25,051 bases of DNA from Mycoplasmatota bacterium (GCA_030641535.1 DAOWHG010000052.1:1-25051); one strand, 5' to 3'. Counted from the first letter of the stretch, positions 7,576 to 16,384 are shown. Translations and numbers: made by a program. Notes: generated from the letters alone by a model not told the origin.

Positions 7576-8481
7576 ATGACTACATTTGGAATTATCTTAT
7601 TAATAGTCTTAGCAATCGTTGCATTGGCTGTAGTAGGAGCAGCATTTACGATAGTACAACAAGCTAATCGTTACGTTGTTGAAAGATTAGGAGCTTATCA
7701 TCAAACTTTATCTGTTGGATTACACTTTATTATTCCATTTATTGACAGAATTACTAAAAAAGTATCAATTAAAGAACAAGTGGTGGATTTCCCTCCACAA
7801 CCAGTAATCACGAAAGATAACGTTACAATGCAAATTGATACAGTAGTATTTTATCAAGTAACAGACCCAAAATTGTTCACTTATGGAGTTCATAATCCAT
7901 TAAGAGCAATTGAAAATTTAACAGCTACTACATTACGTAATATTATTGGGGAATTAGAATTAGATGAATCACTTACTTCAAGAGATTTAATCAACAGTAG
8001 AATGAGAATCATCTTAGATGAAGCAACAGATCCATGGGGAATCAAAATTCACCGTGTAGAAGTTAAAAACATCATTCCACCAAAAGACATTCGTGAAGCA
8101 ATGGAAAAACAAATGCGTGCAGAACGTGAACGTCGTCAATCAATTCTTATTGCAGAAGGTGAGAAAAGAGCTGCTATCTTAAATGCAGAAGGTGACAAAG
8201 AATCTGCAATTCTTAGAGCAGAAGCAGAAAAAGAAGTTAGAATTAAAGAAGCAGAAGGTCGTGCAAAAGCGATTATCGAAGTTCAAGATGCAACTGCAAA
8301 AGGTATTCAAATGATCAAAAAAGCAGGAGCAGATGAAGCATTCTTACGTTTAGAAGCTTACAAAGCTATGGTTCAAGTAGCTAATGGACAATCTACAACA
8401 TTAATAGTTCCATCTGATTTGCAAGGTATCACTGGATTAACAGCTACAATTGCGGAAACAATGAAAGCTACTAAAAAATAA
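7576..8481 (+). CDS. SPFH/band 7 (stomatin/prohibitin, QmcA-like) protein
   Basis: N-terminal TM, VVERLG, GLHFIIPFID, QPVITKDNV, NLTATTLRNIIGELELD, WGIKIHRVEVKNI, AMEKQMRAERERR plus AEG repeats; SD AAGGAGG. Confidence 0.95.
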   Translation: MTTFGIILLIVLAIVALAVVGAAFTIVQQANRYVVERLGAYHQTLSVGLHFIIPFIDRITKKVSIKEQVVDFPPQPVITKDNVTMQIDTVVFYQVTDPKLFTYGVHNPLRAIENLTATTLRNIIGELELDESLTSRDLINSRMRIILDEATDPWGIKIHRVEVKNIIPPKDIREAMEKQMRAERERRQSILIAEGEKRAAILNAEGDKESAILRAEAEKEVRIKEAEGRAKAIIEVQDATAKGIQMIKKAGADEAFLRLEAYKAMVQVANGQSTTLIVPSDLQGITGLTATIAETMKATKK

Positions 8482-8492
8482 TAAAAGAACTG

Positions 8493-8525
8493 AAAAGAGA
8501 ATCTCAATTTGAGATTCTCTTTTTT
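8493..8525. terminator. Bidirectional intrinsic terminator between convergent SPFH and asnS genes
   Basis: Perfect inverted repeat AAAAGAGAATCTCAA (8493-8507) / TTGAGATTCTCTTTT (8509-8523) with A- and T-tracts. Confidence 0.9.
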
Positions 8526-8528
8526 ATA

Positions 8529-9916
8529 TTAAAATTCACAATTTCTCGGTGTTCTTGGAAAAGGAATGACGTCTCTAATGTTTTCAACACCTGTAAGGTA
8601 CATTAACATACGATCGAATCCAAGTCCAAAGCCAGCGTGCTTACATCCTCCGTACTTACGAAGGTCTAAATACCACCATAAATCCTCTTTTGGAACATTC
8701 ATTTCTTCCATTCTTTTTTCTAAGTATTCCAAACGTTCTTCTCTTTGGCTTCCACCAATTAATTCTCCACTACCAGGAACAAGTAAATCCATTGCTGCAA
8801 CTGTTTCTCCATCATCATTTAAACGCATGTAAAATGCTTTTATATCTTTCGGCCAATCAATTACAAATACTGGACCATCAAAATGAGAAACAAGATATTT
8901 TTCGTGTTCTGTAGCTAAATCTCTTCCAAATTCAGGCTTGTTTTCAAACTTCACAGAAGCATTCAACAATACTTCAATCGCTTGTTTGTGCGTTATTCTG
9001 TTGAATTTTCCCGTCAAGACTTTGTCTAGTTTATCAAATAACCCTTTTTGAACAAATTTATTGAAAAACTCCATTTCATTAGGTGCTTTATCCATTACAT
9101 ATTTAACAATATATTTAACCATATCTTCGGCTAAATCCATATCGTCATGGATATCAGCAAATGCAATTTCAGGCTCAATCATCCAAAACTCACTTGCATG
9201 TGTTGTTGTATTTGAATTTTCCGCCCTAAATGTAGGCCCAAATGTATATACGTCTTTGAATGCAAGAGCAAAAGCTTCAGCCTGTAGTTGTCCAGACACT
9301 GTTAAGTTAGCCTTTTTTTGAAAGAAGTCTTTTTTATAGTTAATTTCTCATCCTCATTCTGAGGAACGTTTTCTAAATCAAGAGTAGTAACTTTAAATGT
9401 TTCTCCCGCACCTTCAGCATCACTTGCAGTGATTATAGGAGTTGCAACGTTGATGAAATTTCTCTCTTGAAAGAAAGTATGAATAGCATGAGTTAATAAA
9501 CTTCTAACTCTAAATACCGCAGTAAATAAATTAGTTCTAGGTCTTAGATGAGCGTTTTCCCGTAAAAATTCACGAGTATGTCTTTTCGGCTGAATAGGAT
9601 AATCTTCCAATGAATCACCAAGCAGTTCAACAACTCTTGATTTAATTTCAAATGGCTGTTTCATATTAGGAGTATTTACTAATATTCCAGTAACTCTCAT
9701 AGCACTTCCAACACGATATTTTTGAACATCTTTAAAATTATCAAGAAATTCATTTTCATAAACTACCTGAATTGTCTCAAAGAAAGTTCCATCATTTAAA
9801 TTTATGAATCCGAATTCTTTTTGAGCTCGATTATTTCTAATCCACCCAAACAAGGTTACTTCTTGTTGATCCAAATCTTTAAAACTTCGATATAGTTCTC
9901 TAACTGACGTTTTCAT
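8529..9916 (-). CDS. asnS: Asparagine--tRNA ligase, split into two frames (9302..9916 and 8529..9299) by a 1-nt deficit between 9349 and 9302
   Basis: 5' part: OB fold [21 protein letters not shown], motif 1 TPII, EGAGETF. 3' part: [58 protein letters not shown]. Upstream T-box carries an Asn (AAC) specifier. Confidence 0.93.
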
Positions 9917-9937
9917 TTACATCACTCCTTTTATAAT

Positions 9938-10148
9938 AAAAAACGCCCTTAAACAAACGTTTAAGGACGAAAATATTTCCGCGGTACCACCTTAATTCAA
10001 AAAGCACTCAATCCTTTAACGCAGGAATACGAATGGGTCTACTTAATTCTTCCATCACTCATGGTGTTATTCATACTTATCTTATAATCTAGCTTTCACC
10101 ATCCTAGAATCGCTTAATACAGTTTTAAGTATTACTTGTCCAATCATC
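9938..10148 (-). promoter_or_regulatory. T-box riboswitch leader (Asn specifier AAC) with terminator
   Basis: Minus strand: GA motif GATTGGACAAGTA, AGCGA/GGATGGTGAAAGC stem I apex, specifier loop GAAT-AAC-ACC (AAC at 10068-10066), T-box AATTAAGGTGGTACCGCG, terminator CGTCCTTAAAC...GTTTAAGGGCG plus U-tract. Confidence 0.92.
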
Positions 10149-10160
10149 GTTTATAAACAT

Positions 10161-10188
10161 ATAATAACAAAATTACCTAAATTGTCAA
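10161..10188 (-). promoter_or_regulatory. Sigma-A promoter of the asnS leader
   Basis: TTGACA (10188-10183), 16-bp spacer, TGtTATTAT (-10 at 10166-10161). Confidence 0.75.
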
Positions 10189-10197
10189 TATATAAAA

Positions 10198-11379
10198 TTA
10201 CTCTTTATCCTCAATTTGAGGGGCTTCAGCAATCTTGACATTAGATATTTCCTCAAATCTCTTTCCGATTTTACTACTTGTTGTATGAATATCTTTGACG
10301 CTTTTATTAACTGTATCAATACTTCTCGATAATTTATTCCATCTCTCTTGATATCTCTTAAATTCATCACCTAATCTAATTAATTCTTCTTGAATTACCT
10401 TAGAATATTTATCTCTTTCAACATTTCTAAGTAATACTTGTACTGTGGTTAATAAACTCATTAACGTCGTAGGTGAAGCAATCCAGACTCTTTTTCTTTG
10501 AGCATAGTCAATAATATCTTGATGATAAGCATTCAATTCAGCAAAAATAGCCTCAGCCGGAATAAACATCACTGCCTGATCACTTGTTTCGGTCGGAATT
10601 ATATATTTTGTAGCTATATCATCAACATGTTTTTTAAGATCTGATTTGAATTTTCTAGTTGCTTCGTTTCTTAATACATCACTGGAATCTTTATCTACCA
10701 TTCTTCGATAATTTTCTAATGGGAATTTAGAATCAATAGCTAAATCTCCCATTGGATCAGGAACATGTAATAACGCATCTACAATTTTCCCATTAGACAA
10801 GGTAGCTTGTGTTTTAAATACTTTCTTATTGTTCTCCCCAAAGATAGATGTAAGGATGTGGTTTAGTTGGACTTCACCGAAAGTACCTCTTGTTTTTTTA
10901 TCAGTTAAAACATGTTGTAATGAAACAACATCTGTTGATAATTTTTCAATGTTTTTCTGTGCTTCATCGATTTTTGTAAGTCTCTCAACGATATTTGTGA
11001 AGGTTTTATTTGTTTTATCAAATCCCTCATTTAAGCGATATTCCACCTTTTTGTTAATTCTTTCCATCTGTTCTTCAATCTTAACATTTAAAGATTGGAA
11101 ACTATCTAAAATATCTTTATTTAATCCTTCTTTAAATTCATTTAAATCTTTGACATTTTCCTTACTTCCCTTACCAATTGATGTTGCTATTTCAACTTTT
11201 AAGTCTCCATATTCTTTAACAATCGTGTTTGATAACTTATAGTTTTCTTCTCTTAAATTGTCTTTAATTTCATCAACCAGATTACCATCTTCTTGCTCAT
11301 GTTTTCTTAAAAGAATTATTAAATTAACTATTAAAATAATTACAACAACTGCGAGTAGCGATATTATAAAAATATCCAC
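10198..11379 (-). CDS. rmuC: DNA recombination protein RmuC family
   Basis: N-terminal TM plus coiled coil; RGTFGEVQL, VDALL, IDSKFP nuclease-like motif, AVMFIPAEAIF, WIASPTTL. Start moved to GTG 11379 (SD GGAGGTGG); the ORF-track ATG at 11400 lies inside a TGaTATAAT promoter box (11399-11407). Confidence 0.93.
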   Translation of the reverse strand: MDIFIISLLAVVVIILIVNLIILLRKHEQEDGNLVDEIKDNLREENYKLSNTIVKEYGDLKVEIATSIGKGSKENVKDLNEFKEGLNKDILDSFQSLNVKIEEQMERINKKVEYRLNEGFDKTNKTFTNIVERLTKIDEAQKNIEKLSTDVVSLQHVLTDKKTRGTFGEVQLNHILTSIFGENNKKVFKTQATLSNGKIVDALLHVPDPMGDLAIDSKFPLENYRRMVDKDSSDVLRNEATRKFKSDLKKHVDDIATKYIIPTETSDQAVMFIPAEAIFAELNAYHQDIIDYAQRKRVWIASPTTLMSLLTTVQVLLRNVERDKYSKVIQEELIRLGDEFKRYQERWNKLSRSIDTVNKSVKDIHTTSSKIGKRFEEISNVKIAEAPQIEDKE

Positions 11380-11418
11380 TATACCACCTCCTTCATACAT
11401 TATATCATTTTCTGTATT

Positions 11419-11450
11419 AAAAAAGTAGATACTATCAAAAGTATCTACTT
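11419..11450 (-). terminator. Intrinsic terminator after prs
   Basis: AAGTAGATAC / GTATCTACTT stem with a U-tract on the minus strand. Confidence 0.8.
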
Positions 11451-11457
11451 AATGTTA

Positions 11458-12432
11458 TTATTTAATATTTTTACCTTGATACTCAAACAAACTGCTCAAT
11501 GGCTTATCATAAATTATGTTTAAAATACCCTGAGAAATTATATTAGCAATACTTAATTGAACAATCTTAGGAGATTTTTTGCTTAAGGGCAATTGTATTG
11601 TATTTGTACAAACAACTTCCTCCAAAACAGAATTGTTTATTCTATCAATTGCAGGTTTTGAGAATAGAGGGTGTGTACAGCATGCAAAGACTTTCTTCGC
11701 TCCAGCATCAACTAATGCTTGAGCAGCGGCAGTAATAGTTCCAGCTGTATCAATCATATCATCTACTATTATGGCTATTTTCCCGTCTACATCTCCGACG
11801 ATTCCCATAATTTCAGCAACATTTGGCTTAGGTCTTCTTTTGTCGATAATAGCTATCGGAGCATCCATGCTTTCTCCCATATTACGGGCTCTTACAGCCC
11901 CACCGTGATCTGGAGATACTATAACTAATTCTTCATTAAAATTCTTTTCCTTAAAATACTCCACTAATAAAGGCATTGCTCTAAAATTATCAATTGGAAT
12001 GTCGAAAAATCCCTGGATTTGTGCTGCATGTAAATCCATTGCAAGAACTCGAGTTGCTCCAGCAACTTCAATTAAATTAGCCACTAGTTTTGCAGATATT
12101 GGTTGTCTAGATTTTGATTTTCGATCTTGTCTAGAATATCCATAATATGGCATTACAATATTAATATTCTTAGCAGAAGCTCTTTTCATTGCATCAATCG
12201 TAATTAATAGTTCCATTATGTTTTCATTTACAGGACTACTAGTTGGCTGAACTAAAAACACGTGATGTCCTCTAACTGTCTCCTCTAAGTTAACTCCAAT
12301 TTCTCCATCAGCAAAACGGCTTAAATCAATTTTACTAAGAGGAATTCCAGAAATTCCAGAAATTTCTTTAGCTAATTTCTTATTAGCACTCAAACTAAAT
12401 AATTTTACTTTTACACCATCTAAAATTGCCAT
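11458..12432 (-). CDS. prs: Ribose-phosphate pyrophosphokinase
   Basis: FADGEI, VMPYYGYSRQDRK, DLHAAQIQGFFDIP, VSPDHGG, PRPP-binding VDDMIDTAGT. Confidence 0.97.
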   Translation of the reverse strand: MAILDGVKVKLFSLSANKKLAKEISGISGIPLSKIDLSRFADGEIGVNLEETVRGHHVFLVQPTSSPVNENIMELLITIDAMKRASAKNINIVMPYYGYSRQDRKSKSRQPISAKLVANLIEVAGATRVLAMDLHAAQIQGFFDIPIDNFRAMPLLVEYFKEKNFNEELVIVSPDHGGAVRARNMGESMDAPIAIIDKRRPKPNVAEIMGIVGDVDGKIAIIVDDMIDTAGTITAAAQALVDAGAKKVFACCTHPLFSKPAIDRINNSVLEEVVCTNTIQLPLSKKSPKIVQLSIANIISQGILNIIYDKPLSSLFEYQGKNIK

Positions 12433-12503
12433 TTATAAGCCCTCCAAATAATATATATTATCTATTCCGATATTACATTAACATTTTACTTATGAAATTG
12501 CAA

Positions 12504-12540
12504 AAATAAAATGCAACTTATAGAAAAAAGTTGCATTTTT
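12504..12540 (-). terminator. Intrinsic terminator after spoVG
   Basis: AAAATGCAACTT (12508-12519) / AAGTTGCATTTT (12528-12539) stem. Confidence 0.8.
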
Positions 12541-12548
12541 ATGTTCTC

Positions 12549-12809
12549 TTATTCATCTTCTAATAGATTATAGGCCTCAATTACAGCAGCTTCGATAGTA
12601 TTTCGAGTTTCTTGATTAATCGGATGTGCGACATCTTTGAACTCTCCATTAGGCATTTTTCTGCTAGGCATAGCAACAAATAATCCTGCTTTTCCATCGA
12701 TTATGCGTAATTCATGAACAACAAAACATTCGTCAATAGTAATCGCAGCAATGGCTTTCAGGCGATTTTGTCCATTAAACTTCTTCACTCTAACGTCTGT
12801 TATATTCAT
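12549..12809 (-). CDS. spoVG: SpoVG family nucleic-acid-binding regulator
   Basis: MNITDVRV...LKAIAAITIDECFVVHELRIIDGKAGLFVAMPSRK...FKDVAHPIN; start ATG 12809 after SD GAGGTGG. Confidence 0.95.
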   Translation of the reverse strand: MNITDVRVKKFNGQNRLKAIAAITIDECFVVHELRIIDGKAGLFVAMPSRKMPNGEFKDVAHPINQETRNTIEAAVIEAYNLLEDE

Positions 12810-12846
12810 AGTACCACCTCGCATTCTCTATTATTTCTACACAATA

Positions 12847-12875
12847 ATTATAGCACACCTAGAAAATGGTTACAA
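12847..12875 (-). promoter_or_regulatory. Sigma-A promoter of spoVG
   Basis: TTGTAA (12875-12870), 17 bp, TGcTATAAT (-10 at 12852-12847). Confidence 0.7.
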
Positions 12876-12900
12876 ACACTATTTTTTAGGTAACTTACGG

Positions 12901-13743
12901 TTATCTAATTTTAGTAATAAGCTTAAAATAATCATCTTTCATTATTTCGTACACATATTTTAATTTGGATTTATCCTTGCAAATTCCAAATACCGAAGCT
13001 CCTGATCCGCTCATTAAAGCTCCGTCCAATCCTAAATCAATCATTTGATGCTTTATTTCTTTAATCTTTGGTTCTATTTCAAATGCAATTAATTCAAGAG
13101 AATTATGTAATTCTCGCGCCATTAACTCATGATTATGATTATATATTGCTGAAGTCATATTACTTATTTTCTTCTCTATTATTTCTTCTTTTTTTACCTT
13201 AGAAAAAACATCCTTAGTACTAATTTTTACATTAGGATTTACAAGTAAAATTGGTGTTTTTAATTTGTTATTTAAGAAAAATAAATCTTCTCCTTTTCCT
13301 TTTGCAACACACAGCTTATTATAAATGCAAAATGGAATGTCCGCACCAAAATCAGCCCCTAATTTAGCCATTTCATCTAGAGATAGTTTTAATTTCCATA
13401 ACTTATTCAGCCCTCTTAAAGCAGCAGCAGCATCCGCGCTACCACCCGCTAATCCAGCGGCAACAGGAATATTTTTTTGAATATTGATATCAACGCCTTG
13501 TTTGATTTCAAATTCTTCCTTTAAGAACTTTGCAATTTTATAAACTATATTGTCTTTATAATCCTTAGTAATTGAAACATCAGATGTAATTACTATTTCA
13601 CCTGTAGGGTTTTCCTTGAATGTAAGTAAATCAAACAATTCAATGTTAGCCATAACCATTTCTAAATCATGATAGCCATCAAATCTCTTATTCACAACAT
13701 TCAAAAACAAGTTAATCTTTGCATATGCTTTTTCCTTAACCAA
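12901..13743 (-). CDS. ispE: 4-(cytidine 5'-diphospho)-2-C-methyl-D-erythritol kinase (GHMP family)
   Basis: AYAKINLFL, DGYHDLEMV, IQKNIPVAAGLAGGSADAA, GADIPFC, MSGSGASVFG; start moved to TTG 13743 after SD GAGGTGAG. Confidence 0.93.
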   Translation of the reverse strand: MVKEKAYAKINLFLNVVNKRFDGYHDLEMVMANIELFDLLTFKENPTGEIVITSDVSITKDYKDNIVYKIAKFLKEEFEIKQGVDINIQKNIPVAAGLAGGSADAAAALRGLNKLWKLKLSLDEMAKLGADFGADIPFCIYNKLCVAKGKGEDLFFLNNKLKTPILLVNPNVKISTKDVFSKVKKEEIIEKKISNMTSAIYNHNHELMARELHNSLELIAFEIEPKIKEIKHQMIDLGLDGALMSGSGASVFGICKDKSKLKYVYEIMKDDYFKLITKIR

Positions 13744-13802
13744 TGAACTCACCTCATATCGTAAAAACAACTATATATCCCTATTTTACCACAATATAGT
13801 AA

Positions 13803-13834
13803 TAAACAAAAAAACAAAGAAAATTCTTTGTTTT
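13803..13834 (-). terminator. Intrinsic terminator after rsmA
   Basis: AAAACAAAGAA / TTCTTTGTTTT stem followed by a U-tract on the minus strand; AT-rich, so weak. Confidence 0.55.
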
Positions 13835-13842
13835 AATTGTTT

Positions 13843-14703
13843 TTAAATAGTCTTATATAGAATGTCGGATAATCTAATAAAATCACTTACACTTAAATTT
13901 TCAGCTCTTATTCTTGAATCTAGATTTAGGTCGTTAAGTAAATTTATAAGTACCTCTTTTTCAATGCCATATTTATTAAATAAATTATTAACAAGAGTCT
14001 TTCTCCTTTGAGCAAAGGAAGCTCTAACTATTTCATAAAAAAGTTCTTCTGATATAGGCTTTTGTTCAATGTTTTCAATAACACTTAACTTGACAATAGA
14101 GCTATCAACGTTAGGTGACGGTATAAAAACAGTCCTTGGAACTTTGAGTGCAATAACTGCCTTTGTTTTATATTGAATTGCAATACTTAAAGAGTTGTAA
14201 TCTTTAGTACTTGGTTTAGATGTTAGCCTTTGAGCAACTTCTTGTTGGGTCATTAAAACCATCTCTTTTACAAGCATAGATTCTTCAATAATTTTAAGTA
14301 TTATCGGTGTAGTTATGTAGTAAGGTAAATTTGCAACTACAATAACCTTGTCGTAAGTAATATTTAACTCAACTATGTCTGAATCTATATCACATTTTAG
14401 GAAATCTCTGTTAAGTACTGTTAATTTATCAGTGCTAAATACTTCTTTTAAGATTTGTACTAATTCTGCATCAATTTCGTAAGCTAAAACATGTTTAGCT
14501 TTATCCAATAAATGCTCTGTCAAACTACCTAGTCCTGGTCCAATTTCAACAACTAATGTTTCGCTAGTTATTGATGGTATTTGGACAATTTTATTTAAGA
14601 TATTCTGATCAATCAAGAAGTTTTGTCCATACTTCTTTTTTATATGAAAATCATGTTTATCAATAATGTTTTTTGTTCTTGAAACAGTTCCTACTTTTGA
14701 CAT
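13843..14703 (-). CDS. rsmA: 16S rRNA m6,2A1518/1519 dimethyltransferase RsmA/KsgA
   Basis: KKYGQNFL, EIGPGLGSLT, YEID, VANLPYYITTPI, FIPSPNVDS, FAQRRKTL. Confidence 0.97.
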   Translation of the reverse strand: MSKVGTVSRTKNIIDKHDFHIKKKYGQNFLIDQNILNKIVQIPSITSETLVVEIGPGLGSLTEHLLDKAKHVLAYEIDAELVQILKEVFSTDKLTVLNRDFLKCDIDSDIVELNITYDKVIVVANLPYYITTPIILKIIEESMLVKEMVLMTQQEVAQRLTSKPSTKDYNSLSIAIQYKTKAVIALKVPRTVFIPSPNVDSSIVKLSVIENIEQKPISEELFYEIVRASFAQRRKTLVNNLFNKYGIEKEVLINLLNDLNLDSRIRAENLSVSDFIRLSDILYKTI

Positions 14704-14707
14704 AATA

Positions 14708-15253
14708 TCACTTCCCTAAAATCTCATTAATTTCATCTATTGTTATACCAAACATATTCAATTTATTTAGTAGTGTTTTCCCATTATTTAAGCCAATTCC
14801 CAGCTTTTCACCCAGTTCTAATCTAAGGCGCTTTGAGTTAAGTTTTCCCATAAGATTTAAACTATACAAATCACCTAGTTCTATCATCTTTTTATTATCT
14901 GTTTTTGTAGAATAAAATGATGATAATGCTTCAATAATTTTATCTCTATTTGCGTGTTCAATTCCAACTTTAGTTCCATTTTTATTTATACAATCTTTTT
15001 TGTTCATAAATGCATGTTTTGTAATACCAACTCTGTTATTAATAATTCTTCTTATTCTCTCCCCTTGATAATCAGGGTCTAACAGTAATATCAGTCCTCT
15101 AGACTCATTTAAACTCTTTAATTCAAGGAGTGTACTTTCACTAATTTCACTCCCATTTGTAATATATACATCCATATTTGGATATATAGCTTTTATTTTT
15201 GCAAGGTCATGGTATCCTTCGACCACCACGACCTCTTTAATTTCATTATTCAA
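14708..15253 (-). CDS. rnmV: Ribonuclease M5 (5S rRNA maturation, Toprim)
   Basis: IKEVVVVEGYHD, ILLLDPDYQGERIR, GIEHA, GKTLLNKLNMFGIT; canonical position before rsmA; probable TTG start at 15253 (ORF track ATG 15262). Confidence 0.92.
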   Translation of the reverse strand: MNNEIKEVVVVEGYHDLAKIKAIYPNMDVYITNGSEISESTLLELKSLNESRGLILLLDPDYQGERIRRIINNRVGITKHAFMNKKDCINKNGTKVGIEHANRDKIIEALSSFYSTKTDNKKMIELGDLYSLNLMGKLNSKRLRLELGEKLGIGLNNGKTLLNKLNMFGITIDEINEILGK

Positions 15254-16379
15254 TGATACCATTCTCCTTAAAATATGATACTTGGTTTCTTAATTCTTCT
15301 GGAATATCTATTTGTTGGGGACATTTTGGGATACATTCTCCACAATCAGTACAAAATTCTGAGGTTTTATCATCTTTTTTTAAGGTGCCGAATGCCCATT
15401 TTATGTGATTAGTATTTTTATACATTGAAAACGAGTTAAATAGTCTAAAATTCGCCGGAATATCTACCCCGTTAGGACAAGTCATACAATAATTACAACT
15501 TGTACAATCTACTTTCGATAAATCCAAAATTTCTTTTCTAACTAACTTAATAATCCCTTGTTCTTCATCATTTAATGGTGCAAAATTGGAAAAAGTCTTA
15601 ATATTATCTTTAACTTGTTCCATTGTTGTCATACCACTAAGAATTACTTTTACGTTAGGCAGTGATCCTACCCATCTAAAAGCCCAAGAAGCAATAGATG
15701 CCTCCTTGTCTATATTATTAAATATTTTTTCAATCTTATCGTTAAATTTAACTAATCCTCCACCTTTAACTGGCTCCATTACAATAACTGGTATTCCTTT
15801 TTCAGTTAAGATATGATAACCTTCAATACCTTGTTGATGATCTATATCCATATAGTTAAGTTGAATTTGAACAAAATCCCAAGGGTATAAATCTGCCCAT
15901 AGCTTAAATGCAGCAAGATCATCATGAAAACTAAACCCAATTCTATGTAATTTTCCCTCTTTTTTGAATTTCTCTAATTGTTCAAAAACCTTAAATTCTT
16001 CAATTTGCTTAATTCTGTCTTTATTGACAGCATGAATTAAATAGAAATCGAAATAATCTACTCCACATTTTTCAAGTTGTTCATGAAAAATCCTACTAAT
16101 ATCCTCTTCATTTTTACATTCCCAAAGAGGCAATTTATCAGCTAGATAAAAGGTTTCCCGTTTATATCCTTTAATAATCTCTCCAACAACTAGTTCGCTT
16201 TTTCCACCATGATAAGGATATGCAGTATCAAAATAATTTACACCCTTAGAATATGCATAATCCATCATTCTTTTTGCTTCTAATTTATCAATTTCTCCAT
16301 CGATAGTAGGAAGTCTCATACATCCAAACCCTAATAATGATGCATCAATATCCAAATTCTTCATTTTTCTTTTTTCCAT
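15246..16379 (-). CDS. Aldo/keto reductase with C-terminal 4Fe-4S dicluster domain
   Basis: SLLGFGCMRLP, GVNYFDTAYPY, LADKLP, YFDFYLIH, IGFSFH, VMEPVKGG; Fe-S motifs CTSCNYCMTCP and CTDCGECIPKCP; start 16379 or 16385. Confidence 0.92.
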   Translation of the reverse strand: MEKRKMKNLDIDASLLGFGCMRLPTIDGEIDKLEAKRMMDYAYSKGVNYFDTAYPYHGGKSELVVGEIIKGYKRETFYLADKLPLWECKNEEDISRIFHEQLEKCGVDYFDFYLIHAVNKDRIKQIEEFKVFEQLEKFKKEGKLHRIGFSFHDDLAAFKLWADLYPWDFVQIQLNYMDIDHQQGIEGYHILTEKGIPVIVMEPVKGGGLVKFNDKIEKIFNNIDKEASIASWAFRWVGSLPNVKVILSGMTTMEQVKDNIKTFSNFAPLNDEEQGIIKLVRKEILDLSKVDCTSCNYCMTCPNGVDIPANFRLFNSFSMYKNTNHIKWAFGTLKKDDKTSEFCTDCGECIPKCPQQIDIPEELRNQVSYFKENGIIE

Positions 16380-16384
16380 AATCA

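Noticed and set aside
10829-11242. 137-aa plus-strand ORF, plus the other short overlapping ORFs in the track (1968, 4872, 5247, 8566, 8690, 9061, 10185, 11719, 12751, 15586, 18121, 19677, 19756, 23471)
   Set aside because: All overlap well-supported genes in antisense or alternate frames and show no family signal
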